From an uncultured Acidobacteriota bacterium (lineage in GTDB: Bacteria; Acidobacteriota; Polarisedimenticolia; J045): a DNA stretch of 64,000 nucleotides. A program made the position numbers and the translations under genes. Positions 9,275 to 19,045 of the stretch are shown one piece after another. The notes below the pieces were generated by a model, which searched no databases, had not been told where the DNA came from, and saw only the letters and a program-made list of their open reading frames with translations. The stretch covers positions 320,001 through 384,000 of the forward strand of contig CAVPCQ010000037.1 of assembly GCA_963702425.1 (NCBI GenBank). The letters are read 5' to 3'. Position 1 is the stretch's first letter, and the number at the start of each line of letters is the position of its first letter.

Positions 9275-11326
9275 ATGAGTGAGAAGCCGTTCCAGCCGGT
9301 CGTTCCGGCCAGCTCGACCGACCGCGAGTTCACGCTGCGGGCCCTGATCCTGGGGCTCGTGCTGTGCGTCGTGCTCGGGGCCGCCAACGCCTACCTCGGA
9401 TTGCGCGCCGGGATGACGATCGCCGCCACCTACCCGGCGGCGGTGATCAGCATGGCGTTCCTCCGGCTCTTCAAGGGGTCGCTGCTCGAGGAGAACTTCG
9501 CCCGGACCGTCGGCTCGATCGGCGAGTCGGTCGCCGCCGGCGCGATCTTCACGATCCCGGCCTTCGTGATCCTCGGGCTGTGGAAGTTCAACCCGCAGGA
9601 GATGGCCAAGGAGTACCTCACCGCGTCGGCGTTGATGATTCTCGGCGGGATCCTGGGGATCATGTTCGTCACGATCCTGCGGCGCGTGATGGTGGAGGAC
9701 CGCGCGCTGCCGTTCCCCGAATCGGTCGCCGCCTCGGAGATCCACATCGCCGGGCGCCGCACGGGGACCGGTGCCGCATCGCAGCTCTTCCAGGCGATGG
9801 GCGTGGGGGCTTTGATCAAGCTGATCGGCGACCTCGGGATCTTCAGCGCGAAGAACCCCTTCTTCCCGAAGGTCGGGACCTACGGCGAGAGCCTGGTGCG
9901 CCTCGGGCTGACCAAGGAGTCGAAGACCGTCGCCGCCGGTGGGATCACGACGATCGCCGCGCCGGAGATCACGCCGGCCTACTTCGGCGTCGGCTACATC
10001 ATCGGGCCGGAGCTGGGCGCGCTGAACTTCGCCGGCGGCCTGCTGGCGTGGGGCCTGCTCGTGCCGCTGCTGGTCTTCTTCGTCGGGCCGACGATGATCG
10101 GGCAATACACCAGTCCCGAGGGGGCCCAGGACTGGGCCGGCCTGACCGGGCACCTCTACCGCTTCATCGTGCGTCCGATCGCGGTCGGCGGGATGCTCGT
10201 CGGCGCCTGCTTCACGCTCTGGCGGATGCGCAAGAACCTGCTGATCGGGATCAAGCGCGGGATCTCGGACGTGAGGAAGTCGGCCGGCGCCAGCCAGGCC
10301 ACGCTGCGGACCGATCGCGACCTGTCGTTCCAGATCGTCGCGATCGTGATCGCGGCCGTCTTCGGCCTGATGATCGGGCTCTACTTCTACTTCGCCGGGA
10401 CCTTCCTGGCGGCGGTCGTCGCGGCGGTGGTGATGCTCGTCACCGGCTTCTTCTTCTCCGCGGTCTCGGGCAACCTGGTCGGGATGATCGGGTCGTCCAA
10501 CAACCCGATCTCCGGGCTGACCCTGGCGACCACGCTGGTCGCGGCGCTGACGATGGTGATCGTCGGGGCCAAGGGGGCGCAGGGGGTCGCGGCGGTGATC
10601 GGGGTCGCGGCGATCGGCTGCGTGTCCGCCGCGGTCGCCGGCGAGATGCTGCAGGACCTCAAGGTCGGGCACATTCTCGGCGGTACGCCGTGGAGGATGG
10701 AGCTGGGCGACATCATCGGCGTCGTCGTCGCCGGGTCCGTGATGTTCTTCCCGCTCTACCTGCTGCACACCTCGGATCTGGCCAGCAACCCGACCAACGG
10801 CGGCTTCGGCGGCCCGAACCTGGCCGCACCGCAGGCCGGCCTGATGGCGGCGCTCTCGCAGGGGATCGTCGGCGGCGAGATGGCCTGGCCGCTGGTGGTC
10901 GTCGGGATCGCGATGGGGATCTCGATGATCCTGGTCAAGGTCCGCTCGCCGATGCTCTTCTCGGTCGGGATGTACCTGCCGCTGGAAACGACCTTCGCGA
11001 TCTTCTGCGGCGGCCTGATCCGCGGGCTGGTGGACAAGCTGGTGCTGAAGAAGGGGTTCAACGACGCGCAGAAGGCGCGGGTCGAGAACGCCGGGGTGCT
11101 GGTGGCCTCGGGACTGATCGCCGGCGAGGCGCTGATGGGCCTGTTCATCGCCGGGGTCGTCGCGTTCCGAGCCGACAAGACCTTCCCGACCCTCTCCTCG
11201 TTCGGCGGCATCGCCTCCTGGCTGGCGATCGCGGTCGCGGTGGTGCTGGTGCTGTACATGGTCCGCGTGCCGATCTCGAAGGCCGGCCGGCCGGACGAGC
11301 CGGCGCCGCCGATGGCGGTGATGTAG
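9275..11326 (+). CDS. OPT-family oligopeptide transporter
   Basis: EFTLRALILG, ANAYLGLRAG, LPFPESVA, GSSNNPISG, LQDLKVGHILGGTP, LAAPQAGLM, ASGLIAGEALMG. Confidence 0.93.
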   Translation: MSEKPFQPVVPASSTDREFTLRALILGLVLCVVLGAANAYLGLRAGMTIAATYPAAVISMAFLRLFKGSLLEENFARTVGSIGESVAAGAIFTIPAFVILGLWKFNPQEMAKEYLTASALMILGGILGIMFVTILRRVMVEDRALPFPESVAASEIHIAGRRTGTGAASQLFQAMGVGALIKLIGDLGIFSAKNPFFPKVGTYGESLVRLGLTKESKTVAAGGITTIAAPEITPAYFGVGYIIGPELGALNFAGGLLAWGLLVPLLVFFVGPTMIGQYTSPEGAQDWAGLTGHLYRFIVRPIAVGGMLVGACFTLWRMRKNLLIGIKRGISDVRKSAGASQATLRTDRDLSFQIVAIVIAAVFGLMIGLYFYFAGTFLAAVVAAVVMLVTGFFFSAVSGNLVGMIGSSNNPISGLTLATTLVAALTMVIVGAKGAQGVAAVIGVAAIGCVSAAVAGEMLQDLKVGHILGGTPWRMELGDIIGVVVAGSVMFFPLYLLHTSDLASNPTNGGFGGPNLAAPQAGLMAALSQGIVGGEMAWPLVVVGIAMGISMILVKVRSPMLFSVGMYLPLETTFAIFCGGLIRGLVDKLVLKKGFNDAQKARVENAGVLVASGLIAGEALMGLFIAGVVAFRADKTFPTLSSFGGIASWLAIAVAVVLVLYMVRVPISKAGRPDEPAPPMAVM

Positions 11327-11352
11327 CCGGTCCGTAGCGCTTCACGGGTACC

Positions 11353-11383
11353 CGGGGCGGCGCTGCGGCGCCGCCCCGTTTGT
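11353..11383 (+). terminator. probable intrinsic terminator after the OPT gene
   Basis: 11-bp stem CGGGGCGGCGC-tgcg-GCGCCGCCCCG followed by TTTGT. Confidence 0.6.
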
Positions 11384-11384
11384 C

Positions 11385-11411
11385 TCGGGCCGGCACGGAT
11401 GCTGATTCCTG
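11385..11411. repeat. degenerate copy of the GTAG-type REP found at 17223-17248
   Basis: TCGGGCCGGCACGGA is identical at 11385-11399 and 17221-17235; the following bases still partly match. Confidence 0.55.
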
Positions 11412-11930
11412 CCGGGCGTGCTTTGGGGCGCGCAGCAGGAGCGTGGCGCTGGCGTCGAGCGGTGAGATGCGCGGCGGGTCGAACGTCGGGAAGGGCAGAT
11501 GAAGGCGGCCGACTACGTGCTGGTGCCCGGACCTGGTGAACAAGAACGCCAGGGCCGGCGTGCAAGAAGCGTCGGCGGGCATGCTGGGGTGGATTGCTCG
11601 GCGGTACGGCAGGTGCGGTCGATCGGTGGCGTCAATCTCAAGAGCAAGACGGCCGACGTCGTCCTGACCATGACGGACGTCCGCTCGACCGAGCAGGTGG
11701 CGCTCGCCGCAGGGTCACGCCAAGAAGACAGATCTGGGCTGGGGCGGAGGGCGGCGCCGCGTTCTTCGGGGGCTTCGCGGCCGGCGGCGCCAGCAGCTAC
11801 GCCAACACGGAGATCGGCCAGGTCGTGACGATGGCCTACCTGGACGCCTTCGTGAAGCTGATCGAACGAGGTCAAGAACAACACGCACCGAACGCCAAGG
11901 CCGACAACGTCACGCAGTCGGTGCGATGGC
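11400..11930 (+). pseudogene. 5'-truncated, multiply frameshifted CsgG/HfaB-family gene remnant
   Basis: Pieces in shifting frames read ALASSGEMRGGSNVGK-QMKAADYVLVP, GGVNLKSKTADVVLTMTDVRSTEQVA and GASSYANTEIGQVVTMAYLDAF. No start codon or signal peptide. Confidence 0.6.
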
Positions 11931-11934
11931 AGCG

Positions 11935-13125
11935 TCAGAAGATCGCCTTGAGCAGCTGGGTCACCAGGTCGTCCAGCGAGAAGATCGTGAGGACCAGCGG
12001 CGCCAGCGGTACGGCGGTCACCGCGGCGAGCCTCGTCGCGTCCCTGACACCGAACGGCACAACGCGCATCTCCTGGATGACTGCGAAGCTGTTTCCGAGA
12101 TCGGCCAGCGACTGGATGTCGCCGGTGCCCAGGAACTCGTCGTCCTTCGACGCGCCCCCGCGGATCCACTTCTCGTCGAACCCCTGGACATACCGGCTCG
12201 CCAGCGTCCCGTACTCGCTCAGTCCGCGCCGTCTCGCTCGCGCGAGGTGGGGCGTGAACACGACGAGCGGGCCGAGGATGAACGCCAGGAAGAAGGCGAC
12301 GAACCCCACGATCTGCACCTTGAAGTCGATCAGGTTCGCACCCTGCTGGAAGATCCGCCCGGCGATCTGGCCGGAAAGCAGGGCGCCCTCGGCAAGGAGG
12401 ATGGGGCCATAGGCATATGTACTCTGGCCCAGGAAACCGAGGCCCCCTGCCCGGTCCGGATGCGTGGGGATGAGGTGCAGATCGAGCCGCGAGATCCGCC
12501 ACAGGAATCCGAACCAGAGGAAGATCCGCAGGTACCAGCGCAGCAGGATGAACTGGAAGATCGGGAGGCTGACGAGGACGTACCAGTAGCCGGCAGGGGT
12601 CAGGTTCAGGTGCCCGCCTTCCGGCCTCGCGTACCAGGTTGCCGCCTCGAGGGCCGTCTGGCTGCGCCAGATCCAGAGGCCGAGCGTGTAGACGACGGCC
12701 ACCAGGGCGAGTTCCAGGGCGACGGAGTTGCGTGCACGCAGGACGGAGGCGATGGCCGCGTTGAACCTCGGCACCTCCGCGGGGGGGACGACGCCTCGGT
12801 CCAGGAACGCCTTCACGGTCGGCCGGATGCGCAGGTGAACGACCAGCTCGGCGGCGATCAGGATGGGCAGCGCGAGCAGGAACTTGACGTGCATCTCGAC
12901 GTCGTGCAGGAACGGAACCTTGATCCCGCCACCCAGGGCGCTCCCGCCAATCACTGACAGGACCAGCAAGGGCAGCCACGCGAAGCACGTGATGGCCACG
13001 ATCCGGCGGTAGAGCAACTCCAGCGCGTCCCCGGCCAGGTGCGACCGGCGGAACAGCTGAAACAGCGGACCGCCCAGCACGAGAGAGAAGTCGTCCGTTC
13101 GGTCGATGGGTACGGGCTCGGTCAT
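11935..13125 (-). CDS. conserved hypothetical polytopic membrane protein
   Basis: 396 aa with several TM segments; FSLVLGGPL, HPDRAGGLGFLG and GDIQSLADLGNSF motifs. Confidence 0.75.
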   Translation of the reverse strand: MTEPVPIDRTDDFSLVLGGPLFQLFRRSHLAGDALELLYRRIVAITCFAWLPLLVLSVIGGSALGGGIKVPFLHDVEMHVKFLLALPILIAAELVVHLRIRPTVKAFLDRGVVPPAEVPRFNAAIASVLRARNSVALELALVAVVYTLGLWIWRSQTALEAATWYARPEGGHLNLTPAGYWYVLVSLPIFQFILLRWYLRIFLWFGFLWRISRLDLHLIPTHPDRAGGLGFLGQSTYAYGPILLAEGALLSGQIAGRIFQQGANLIDFKVQIVGFVAFFLAFILGPLVVFTPHLARARRRGLSEYGTLASRYVQGFDEKWIRGGASKDDEFLGTGDIQSLADLGNSFAVIQEMRVVPFGVRDATRLAAVTAVPLAPLVLTIFSLDDLVTQLLKAIF

Positions 13126-13195
13126 GGCGCCACCTTTCTCGCTGGGATTCTGATCCTCCCGCCGGACCTCAAGTTTCCGCGTCGCGCCCCGCGCT

Positions 13196-14622
13196 TTACT
13201 GTGCCCTTTCGAAGACCGCCTCCACCTTGCCGCTGCGGACCGCGCGGTCGAGGGCGGCGTGGTCCTTCTCGTTCTGGTCGGCGTAGGCCACCGAGAAGGC
13301 CGCGATCGCCTTGTCGAAGACGTCGCTCTTGCCCATGTACCCGCTGAGCGTGACCGAGCAACCGGAGCGGGCGTGGGAGAGCGCGAGCGCCCTGCCGCAC
13401 CAGGTGGCGTAGAGGTCCATCTCGGGGGCGCCGAAGGTCTCCACGCGGACGCTGATCTTGATGTCCCTCAGCTGGCGGACGAAGAAGTCGCGCCTGGGGC
13501 CCCGGGCTCCATCCGAGGAACATGTCGCTGGCGGGCTGCATGAGCCGGTAGCCGTTCACGACGCGCTGGCCGTGGTTGGGGAAGACGCTCGCGCCGGCGT
13601 ACGGCTCCAGCACCGAGGCGCGCGCCTCCTTGACCTGGAGGAAGAGGGGGTCGCCTTCGCCGGCCATGAAGAGGAACACCCAGCAGGCGGTCCCGACGCT
13701 GCCGATCCCCACCACCTTGATGGCGGCGTCCCGGAGCTCGTAGCGGTCGAGCAGGGACTGGGTGGAGTGCGGCAAGGTGCCGCGGTAGCCGGCGAACGCG
13801 TCCCGCAGGACCTGCTGGATCTCACCCGGGGGATGGCCCTCGGCGTGGAAGATCGTCGGGAGCTGATCCTTGATGACGGGCATCTCCCCCTTGTGCTCCA
13901 CCAGCTTCGGGAAGATGTCCTCGGCGATGCTGCGCGCCCGCTCCTTCTGGAGGCGCTTCAGGGCCCGCTGGCGGAACGCGGGGTCCTTGATGTTCGCCAC
14001 CAGCTCGTCCGCCCCCAGCGCGTAGTACCACAGCTCCAGCGTCTTCATCCGGCTGAACTCGGCCATGGACTCGCGGTAGGTGCGGACGCAGGTCATGGCC
14101 GCGTCCTTGGCGGCGGCGGCGCTCAGGCCGTTGTCCCGGCAGGCCACCACGAAGCTCGCCGCGAGGCGCTTGACGTCCCACTCCCAGGGGGCCGGGAGGG
14201 TCTCGTCGAGATCGTTGATGGAGAAGATGACCCTGCGCTCCGGCGTGGCGAACCCGCCGAAGTTGCAGAGGTGGGCGTCCCCGCAGCCTGGACGTGGACC
14301 CCGGTGGACCGGCGTGGACGCGAGGTCGGCGGCCATCGTGAGGGCCGCCCCCCGGTAGAAGGTGAAGGGGGAGCGGACCATGCGGCCGTGGCGGAGGGGC
14401 AGCAGTTCGGGCATGCGCCCCTTCTCGGCCTCCAGGACCATCTCGACGGCGTCCGGGCCGCTTGGAGGGGGCCTTCCAGGTGGCGTGCGCCTCTCGGGGG
14501 CAGGTCTCCCGCAGGGCCTTCCCCGCGGCGAACCGCTCCTCGAAGGTCCCCGTGGGACGCCCGACCTCCCGCGCCGGCTTCTTGCCCGCAGCGCGTGGAC
14601 TGGCTTTCTTCCTGGTGGCCAT
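13196..14622 (-). CDS. DUF2252-family protein (kinase-like), split by about 3 frameshifts
   Basis: RHGRMVRSPFTFYRGAA, CGDAHLCNFG, INDLDET..PWEWDVKRLAAS, KVVGIGSVGT, LQVKEA, ALSHARSG, YADQNEKDH, spread over three ORFs. Confidence 0.85.
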
Positions 14623-14731
14623 GGGGCTCCTTCAGTCCGTGATCGGAACAGGTCAACGTCCCGGCTGAGAATACTCCTCTCCGCAAGTACGATAGACCGC
14701 CTCGGATCGGCCCAGAGAAGGGAGCACGTCG

Positions 14732-16021
14732 ATGACCCGTCGCGCGTTCGGCTCGAGATGGAACCAGGGTTTCGGCGCATTCGGGACGCCGTTTCTCTAC
14801 GCCGCGGGGGCGTTCCTTGCCGGCGTTCTCGTCCCGCGCCTCGAGGCACGCTTCTTCCCCGGCCTTGCCGCCGCGGTCAGCGTCAACGCGGCGATCGCCG
14901 TCCTGTCCGCCATTGCCTCCGGCATGCTGCCGCTGACCGGTCTCGTCTTCTCGCTCGCCTTCGTGATGGTGCAGTTCTGCGCCACGGCCTACTCGCCACG
15001 CCTGGTCTCATGGCTCGCGGGATCGGCGATGATGCGCCACTCGCTCGGCGTCTTCACGGCGGCCTTCATCTACGCGCTGGCGGCGCTCGTCTGGATCGAT
15101 CGCGGCGGCAGCGGGAAGGTCCCGCTGCTGACCGTGTCGCTCGCGATCGCGCTGCTGATGGCGAGCATCGTGGTCTTCATGTTGCTCGTGGACACTCTCG
15201 GAATGCTCCAGATCGCGCGGGTCCTCCCGTTCGTCGGCGACCAGGGTCGGGTCGTCATCGAGCGGGACTACGCTCCGTTCGGCGACCCGGCAGGCGACAG
15301 CGCGGGTGCGAGCGCCGACCTGCCGCCCGTCACCCAGGTCGTCGTCCACCGCGGCGGCCCCGCGGTGATCCAGCAGTTCGAGCTTCGGCGCCTCGCCGCG
15401 CTCGCCGCCCGGGAGAACGTCGTCCTCTCGAGCGCGTGCGCGGTCGGCGACACGCTCGTCGACGGCATGCCGCTGCTGCGCGTGCACGGCGGCGGCCGGC
15501 CGCTCTCCGAGGCCAGCCTCCGGCCGCTGGTCCGCCTCGGTGTGGAGCGCACGTTCGAGCAGGATCCGAAGTACGCGATCCGGCTGCTCGTCGATATCGC
15601 GATCCGGGCCCTCTCGCCGGCCGTCAACGACCCGACCACTGCGGTCCAGGCGCTCGACCAGGTGGAGGACCTCCTGCTCCGCCTGAGCCGTCGGGACCTC
15701 TCGGTCGGGCGCGGGATCGATGCGTCCGGGACCCTCCGCCTCGTGTTCCCGGTTCCGAGCTGGGAGGACTTCCTGGTCCTCGCCTTCGATGAGATCCGCT
15801 ACTGCGGCGCGAACTCGATCCAGGTCATGCGCCGCATGCGAGCCCTGATTCAGGACCTGATCGATCACGTCCCGTCCGAGCGAACGCCCGCCCTGCGGCG
15901 CTACCTCGAGCGCGTGGACAACGGGATCCGCCGGACCTTCGACGACCTGGACGACCGAAGTGACGCGTTCGTGGAGGACCGCCAGGGGCTCGGCCTGTCG
16001 CAGGAACGGGGGCAGGGATGA
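14732..16021 (+). CDS. DUF2254-family membrane protein
   Basis: AYSPRL, ERTFEQDPKYAIRLLVDIAIRALSPAVNDPTTAVQALD, AFDEIRYCGA. Confidence 0.9.
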   Translation: MTRRAFGSRWNQGFGAFGTPFLYAAGAFLAGVLVPRLEARFFPGLAAAVSVNAAIAVLSAIASGMLPLTGLVFSLAFVMVQFCATAYSPRLVSWLAGSAMMRHSLGVFTAAFIYALAALVWIDRGGSGKVPLLTVSLAIALLMASIVVFMLLVDTLGMLQIARVLPFVGDQGRVVIERDYAPFGDPAGDSAGASADLPPVTQVVVHRGGPAVIQQFELRRLAALAARENVVLSSACAVGDTLVDGMPLLRVHGGGRPLSEASLRPLVRLGVERTFEQDPKYAIRLLVDIAIRALSPAVNDPTTAVQALDQVEDLLLRLSRRDLSVGRGIDASGTLRLVFPVPSWEDFLVLAFDEIRYCGANSIQVMRRMRALIQDLIDHVPSERTPALRRYLERVDNGIRRTFDDLDDRSDAFVEDRQGLGLSQERGQG

Positions 16022-16528
16022 GCGCCCGCGGGAAGGGGTGGTGGCTGACACTCGTCCTCGCCGGGCTGACCGTGCTCGTGCTGGCGTTGTCGCTGCCGGG
16101 GGCGGCGCGCGATGCCTTCGAGCGCGGCGGGATCTATCACTTCTCCCGGGAGTTCCTCGAGGACATCCCGAAGCGGCTCGTGGGGCCGGGCCGATTCCGC
16201 TTCATCTTGCAGCCGGTTGTGGCGATCGTGCTCGGCATCGGCGCCGGGCGCGCCGATCGAAGGGCGGGACGACCGCCCTACCTGCAGGCGCTCGTGCTCG
16301 GGTCGGCGGCCCGCGGCGAACTCGTCACGCAGCGCCTTCCGGGGGATCGCGAACCTCCTGATGATGGGCATCCTGCTCGACGCCGTCAGCCAGTGGCTGA
16401 TCCTCGGCGTCTCGCATCCGGGTGCCGCGCTGGTCGTCGGCCCGGTGCTGATCGCCGCCCCCTACGCCGCGGCCCGCGGGCTCGCGAACCGCTTCACGAC
16501 GGCCCCGGATCGGCCCCCCGGTCCTTAG
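16018..16528 (+). CDS. hypothetical membrane protein (frameshift at about 16330)
   Basis: GPGRFRFILQP...G.RAD...PPYL in one frame continues as LLDAVSQWLIL...PYAAARGLANR in another; ATG overlaps the DUF2254 stop. Confidence 0.6.
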
Positions 16529-16622
16529 CTCGCTGCCGCGGCTCGACGATCGGGACGGCGCCGGGTTCGCGCGACGGCGAACCCGGCAACCGCCCCGGTG
16601 TCGGCGGCGCGAGTCGCCCGAC

Positions 16623-17037
16623 CTACTTCTTCAGGCCCGGTCTGCTTCAGCGCGTCCTTGCAGGCCGGGCTCACAGTCTTCTCGTTCTTCTCGAGGCAGG
16701 CGAGACCCCGCCCCTCGCCGACCTTGACGTCACCGCAGTACTTGAGGAGATCGTCCTTGCACTGCGCGGCGGCGAACTTCAGGGCCGCGACCGCCTGCTC
16801 GAGCTCGGCGGCGGCGTTGTAGACCGCGTACGTGCACTTGTCGGAGACCTGGTCCTCGAAGGCGTAGAGGCAGGCCAGAACCCGCCCTTCACCCGGCTTC
16901 ACGCCCTTGCAGAACGTGGTGAGCTCCGTGTTGCAGGCCTTCTTCACCGCGTCGATGGGGTTGTCCGCGGCCAGGGCCAGCCCGCCGGCGAACAGGAACA
17001 TCCCCATCACCATCAGGACAACGACCAACTTGCGCAT
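16623..17037 (-). CDS. secreted cysteine-rich repeat (GLG1/Cys-rich-like) protein
   Basis: Signal peptide, then two repeats C..EL..FC..VKPGEGRVLACL...VS.KC and C.DDL..YC.DVKVGEGR.LACL...VS.AC. A probable 1-nt indel near the 3' end hides the true stop at 16623. Confidence 0.75.
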
Positions 17038-17176
17038 GGCTTCCTTCCTTTCGGTGGTTGTTGGCCCCCAGGCAAGCCCCGGGGGCGCACGTTTGCTCAC
17101 TGGCACCGTGGGACCTTGCGGTCCGCCCCTCACCACCCGGTGACGGGGCTCCATGCTTACGGCCGATGAGTCCTCG

Positions 17177-17248
17177 GGAGGGGCCGGCGTCCGTGCCGGC
17201 CCGCAACGCCACCGCATCTTTCGGGCCGGCACGGAGGCCGGCCCCTAC
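17177..17248. repeat. REP doublet (REPIN-like) of GTAG-family palindromes
   Basis: GGAGGGGCCGGCGTCCGTGCCGGCCC (17177-17202) is inverted relative to GGGCCGGCACGGAGGCCGGCCCCTAC (17223-17248), which reads GTAGGGGCCGGCCTCCGTGCCGGCCC on the minus strand. Confidence 0.75.
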
Positions 17249-18985
17249 AGGCCCGAGGGGCGTTCTGCGGTCCGCGACTCGCGCAGGGCCAGCGTCGCGA
17301 GCGCCCGGCGCAGCTTCGCGTGGGCGTCGAAGCGCAGCACGTACTCCGACTCGCGCTGCCCCCCCTTGGCGCGGATCACCGCGGCCAGCGCGCGGCGCTC
17401 GGCCGCGCTCCAGCGCTCGACGCCGGGCAGCACGCAGGCCAGCGGGGCCCAGCGGTCGAGCGCCAGCTTCTCGCCCGGCGTCATGCCGCGGAACGCCGAC
17501 GCGCCGAGCAGCCTGATCGTGTCCTTGCGGCACGACGCGACCGCGCGCTCGCGGTCGGCGCCGCCGCGCGCGGCCAGTTCACGCACCACCGCCAGGGCGG
17601 CGTCGGCCATCGGCAGCTCGCCCATCACGTCGCGCCGCGGCCGGCCCAGGTCGAGGTAGGCGTTCTCCGAGGCCAGGCGCTGCAGCGTGGCGCGGTCCGA
17701 GCGGTAGCCCGGCTTCGCCTTGATGCGCCGCTGCTCGCTCTTCATCAGCCGCAGCGTCTCGCGCTCGCGCGGCGCGAAGCCCAGCTTGGCGTAGAACCAG
17801 AACGCTCCGGAATCCAGCCCCTCGTCGTTGTCGTAGCCGAGCTGGTAGGGGACGATCACGAAGGCGCCGGCGCCGAACACGGCCCGCGCCGTCGCCAGCA
17901 TCCGGGCGAAGACCCAGGCCGCCTCGCCGCCGCGGAAGGCGTCGAAGACGTTGTAGGCGATCTCGGACGAGCGATACAGCGACGAGATCAGCGCGTAGCC
18001 GATCGGCACGCCGTTCTGCAGCGTCAGGATCCCGTAGACCGACTCCAGCAGCAGCCGGCGTTCCGGCACCTGGCCGATCAGCGCGAAGACCAGGCCGTCG
18101 TCCCAGCGCACCAGCCGGACGTCGTCGGCCGAACCCCAGGCGAAGGCGTCGAGGTCGCGGGCGCGGGTGATCATCGCGCCCCGCGCCAAGTCGACCAGCC
18201 GCTGCCCGGTCGCGCGGCTCGATCGGCTCGACCGCCAGCGGCCGGCGCCGCACCTCGCGCCGCAGGTCGGGGCGGTGGCGGCGCAGCGGGGCGTCGAAGT
18301 GGTGGATCGGGCCGGTTGGCCAGCGGTCGAGGGTCCGCGACGGACCCCCGTCGCCCCAGGCCAGGCGCAGCGTCAGCCCCAGCTCATGGTAGAGCGACTC
18401 GTGAAGGAACGAGTTGCGCGTCAGCGTTTCGCTGCGGCGCACGATCCAGGTGGCGTCGGTGACCCCGGGCCCGGCCAGCCGCCGCACCCACTCGCGCGCG
18501 GGGAAGTCGTGCTCGTCGAGCGCCGGCGACTCGCTGTAGGTGGCGAGCAGGGGGAGCGCGGCCAGCAGCCGCTCGGGATGCTCCAGATCCTTCCAGACGA
18601 CGGAGAGGCGCCGGGGAAAGGCATGTGCCAGCCAGCGTGCGGTCGGCGCAAAGAACGGGTAGACGATCTCGGTCCCGGCGATTCCGCTCCCCTCGAGCAC
18701 GCGCCGGAAACGGCGCAGGTCGGCGCGCGTCGCGAACCGTGCGAGCAGGAACTCGGCCGCTGCGCGGACCCGCTCGTCGTCCGGGTAGGCGGCAAGGAAC
18801 GACAGCGCCTCGTGCAGCCGCAGCACGTCGTCGGCGCGCGGCAGGCGGGCGCGGGCGAGGGTCGCCATCGCCCCCAGCTTCTCCTGGGCCGGTGCGGGGC
18901 CGCACTCGGTCCGCAGCGCTTCGAGTCGGGACAGGGCCCCTGCGGGGGCCGGGCCGGGGCGGCCGCGGGCCGGTCGACGAGCCAT
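17245..18985 (-). CDS. conserved hypothetical protein of about 580 aa with GNAT-like C-terminal region (frameshift at about 18210)
   Basis: ORFs 17579-18985 (N part) and 17245-18189 (C part) join into one protein. GGAGG SD and TAGAAT upstream; NGVPIGY, NVFDAFRGGEA and AFWFYAKLGF motifs. Confidence 0.7.
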
Positions 18986-19045
18986 GGCGGTGATCCTCCG
19001 TCGTTGCCGGCCAGGATTCTACGACGGCGCTCGCGCCGGGAAGGG

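Noticed and set aside
17081-17098. Sigma54-like GGGCGCACGTTTGC
   Set aside because: It is on the plus strand, pointing away from the adjacent minus-strand gene with no plus-strand gene downstream, and the -24 match is weak.
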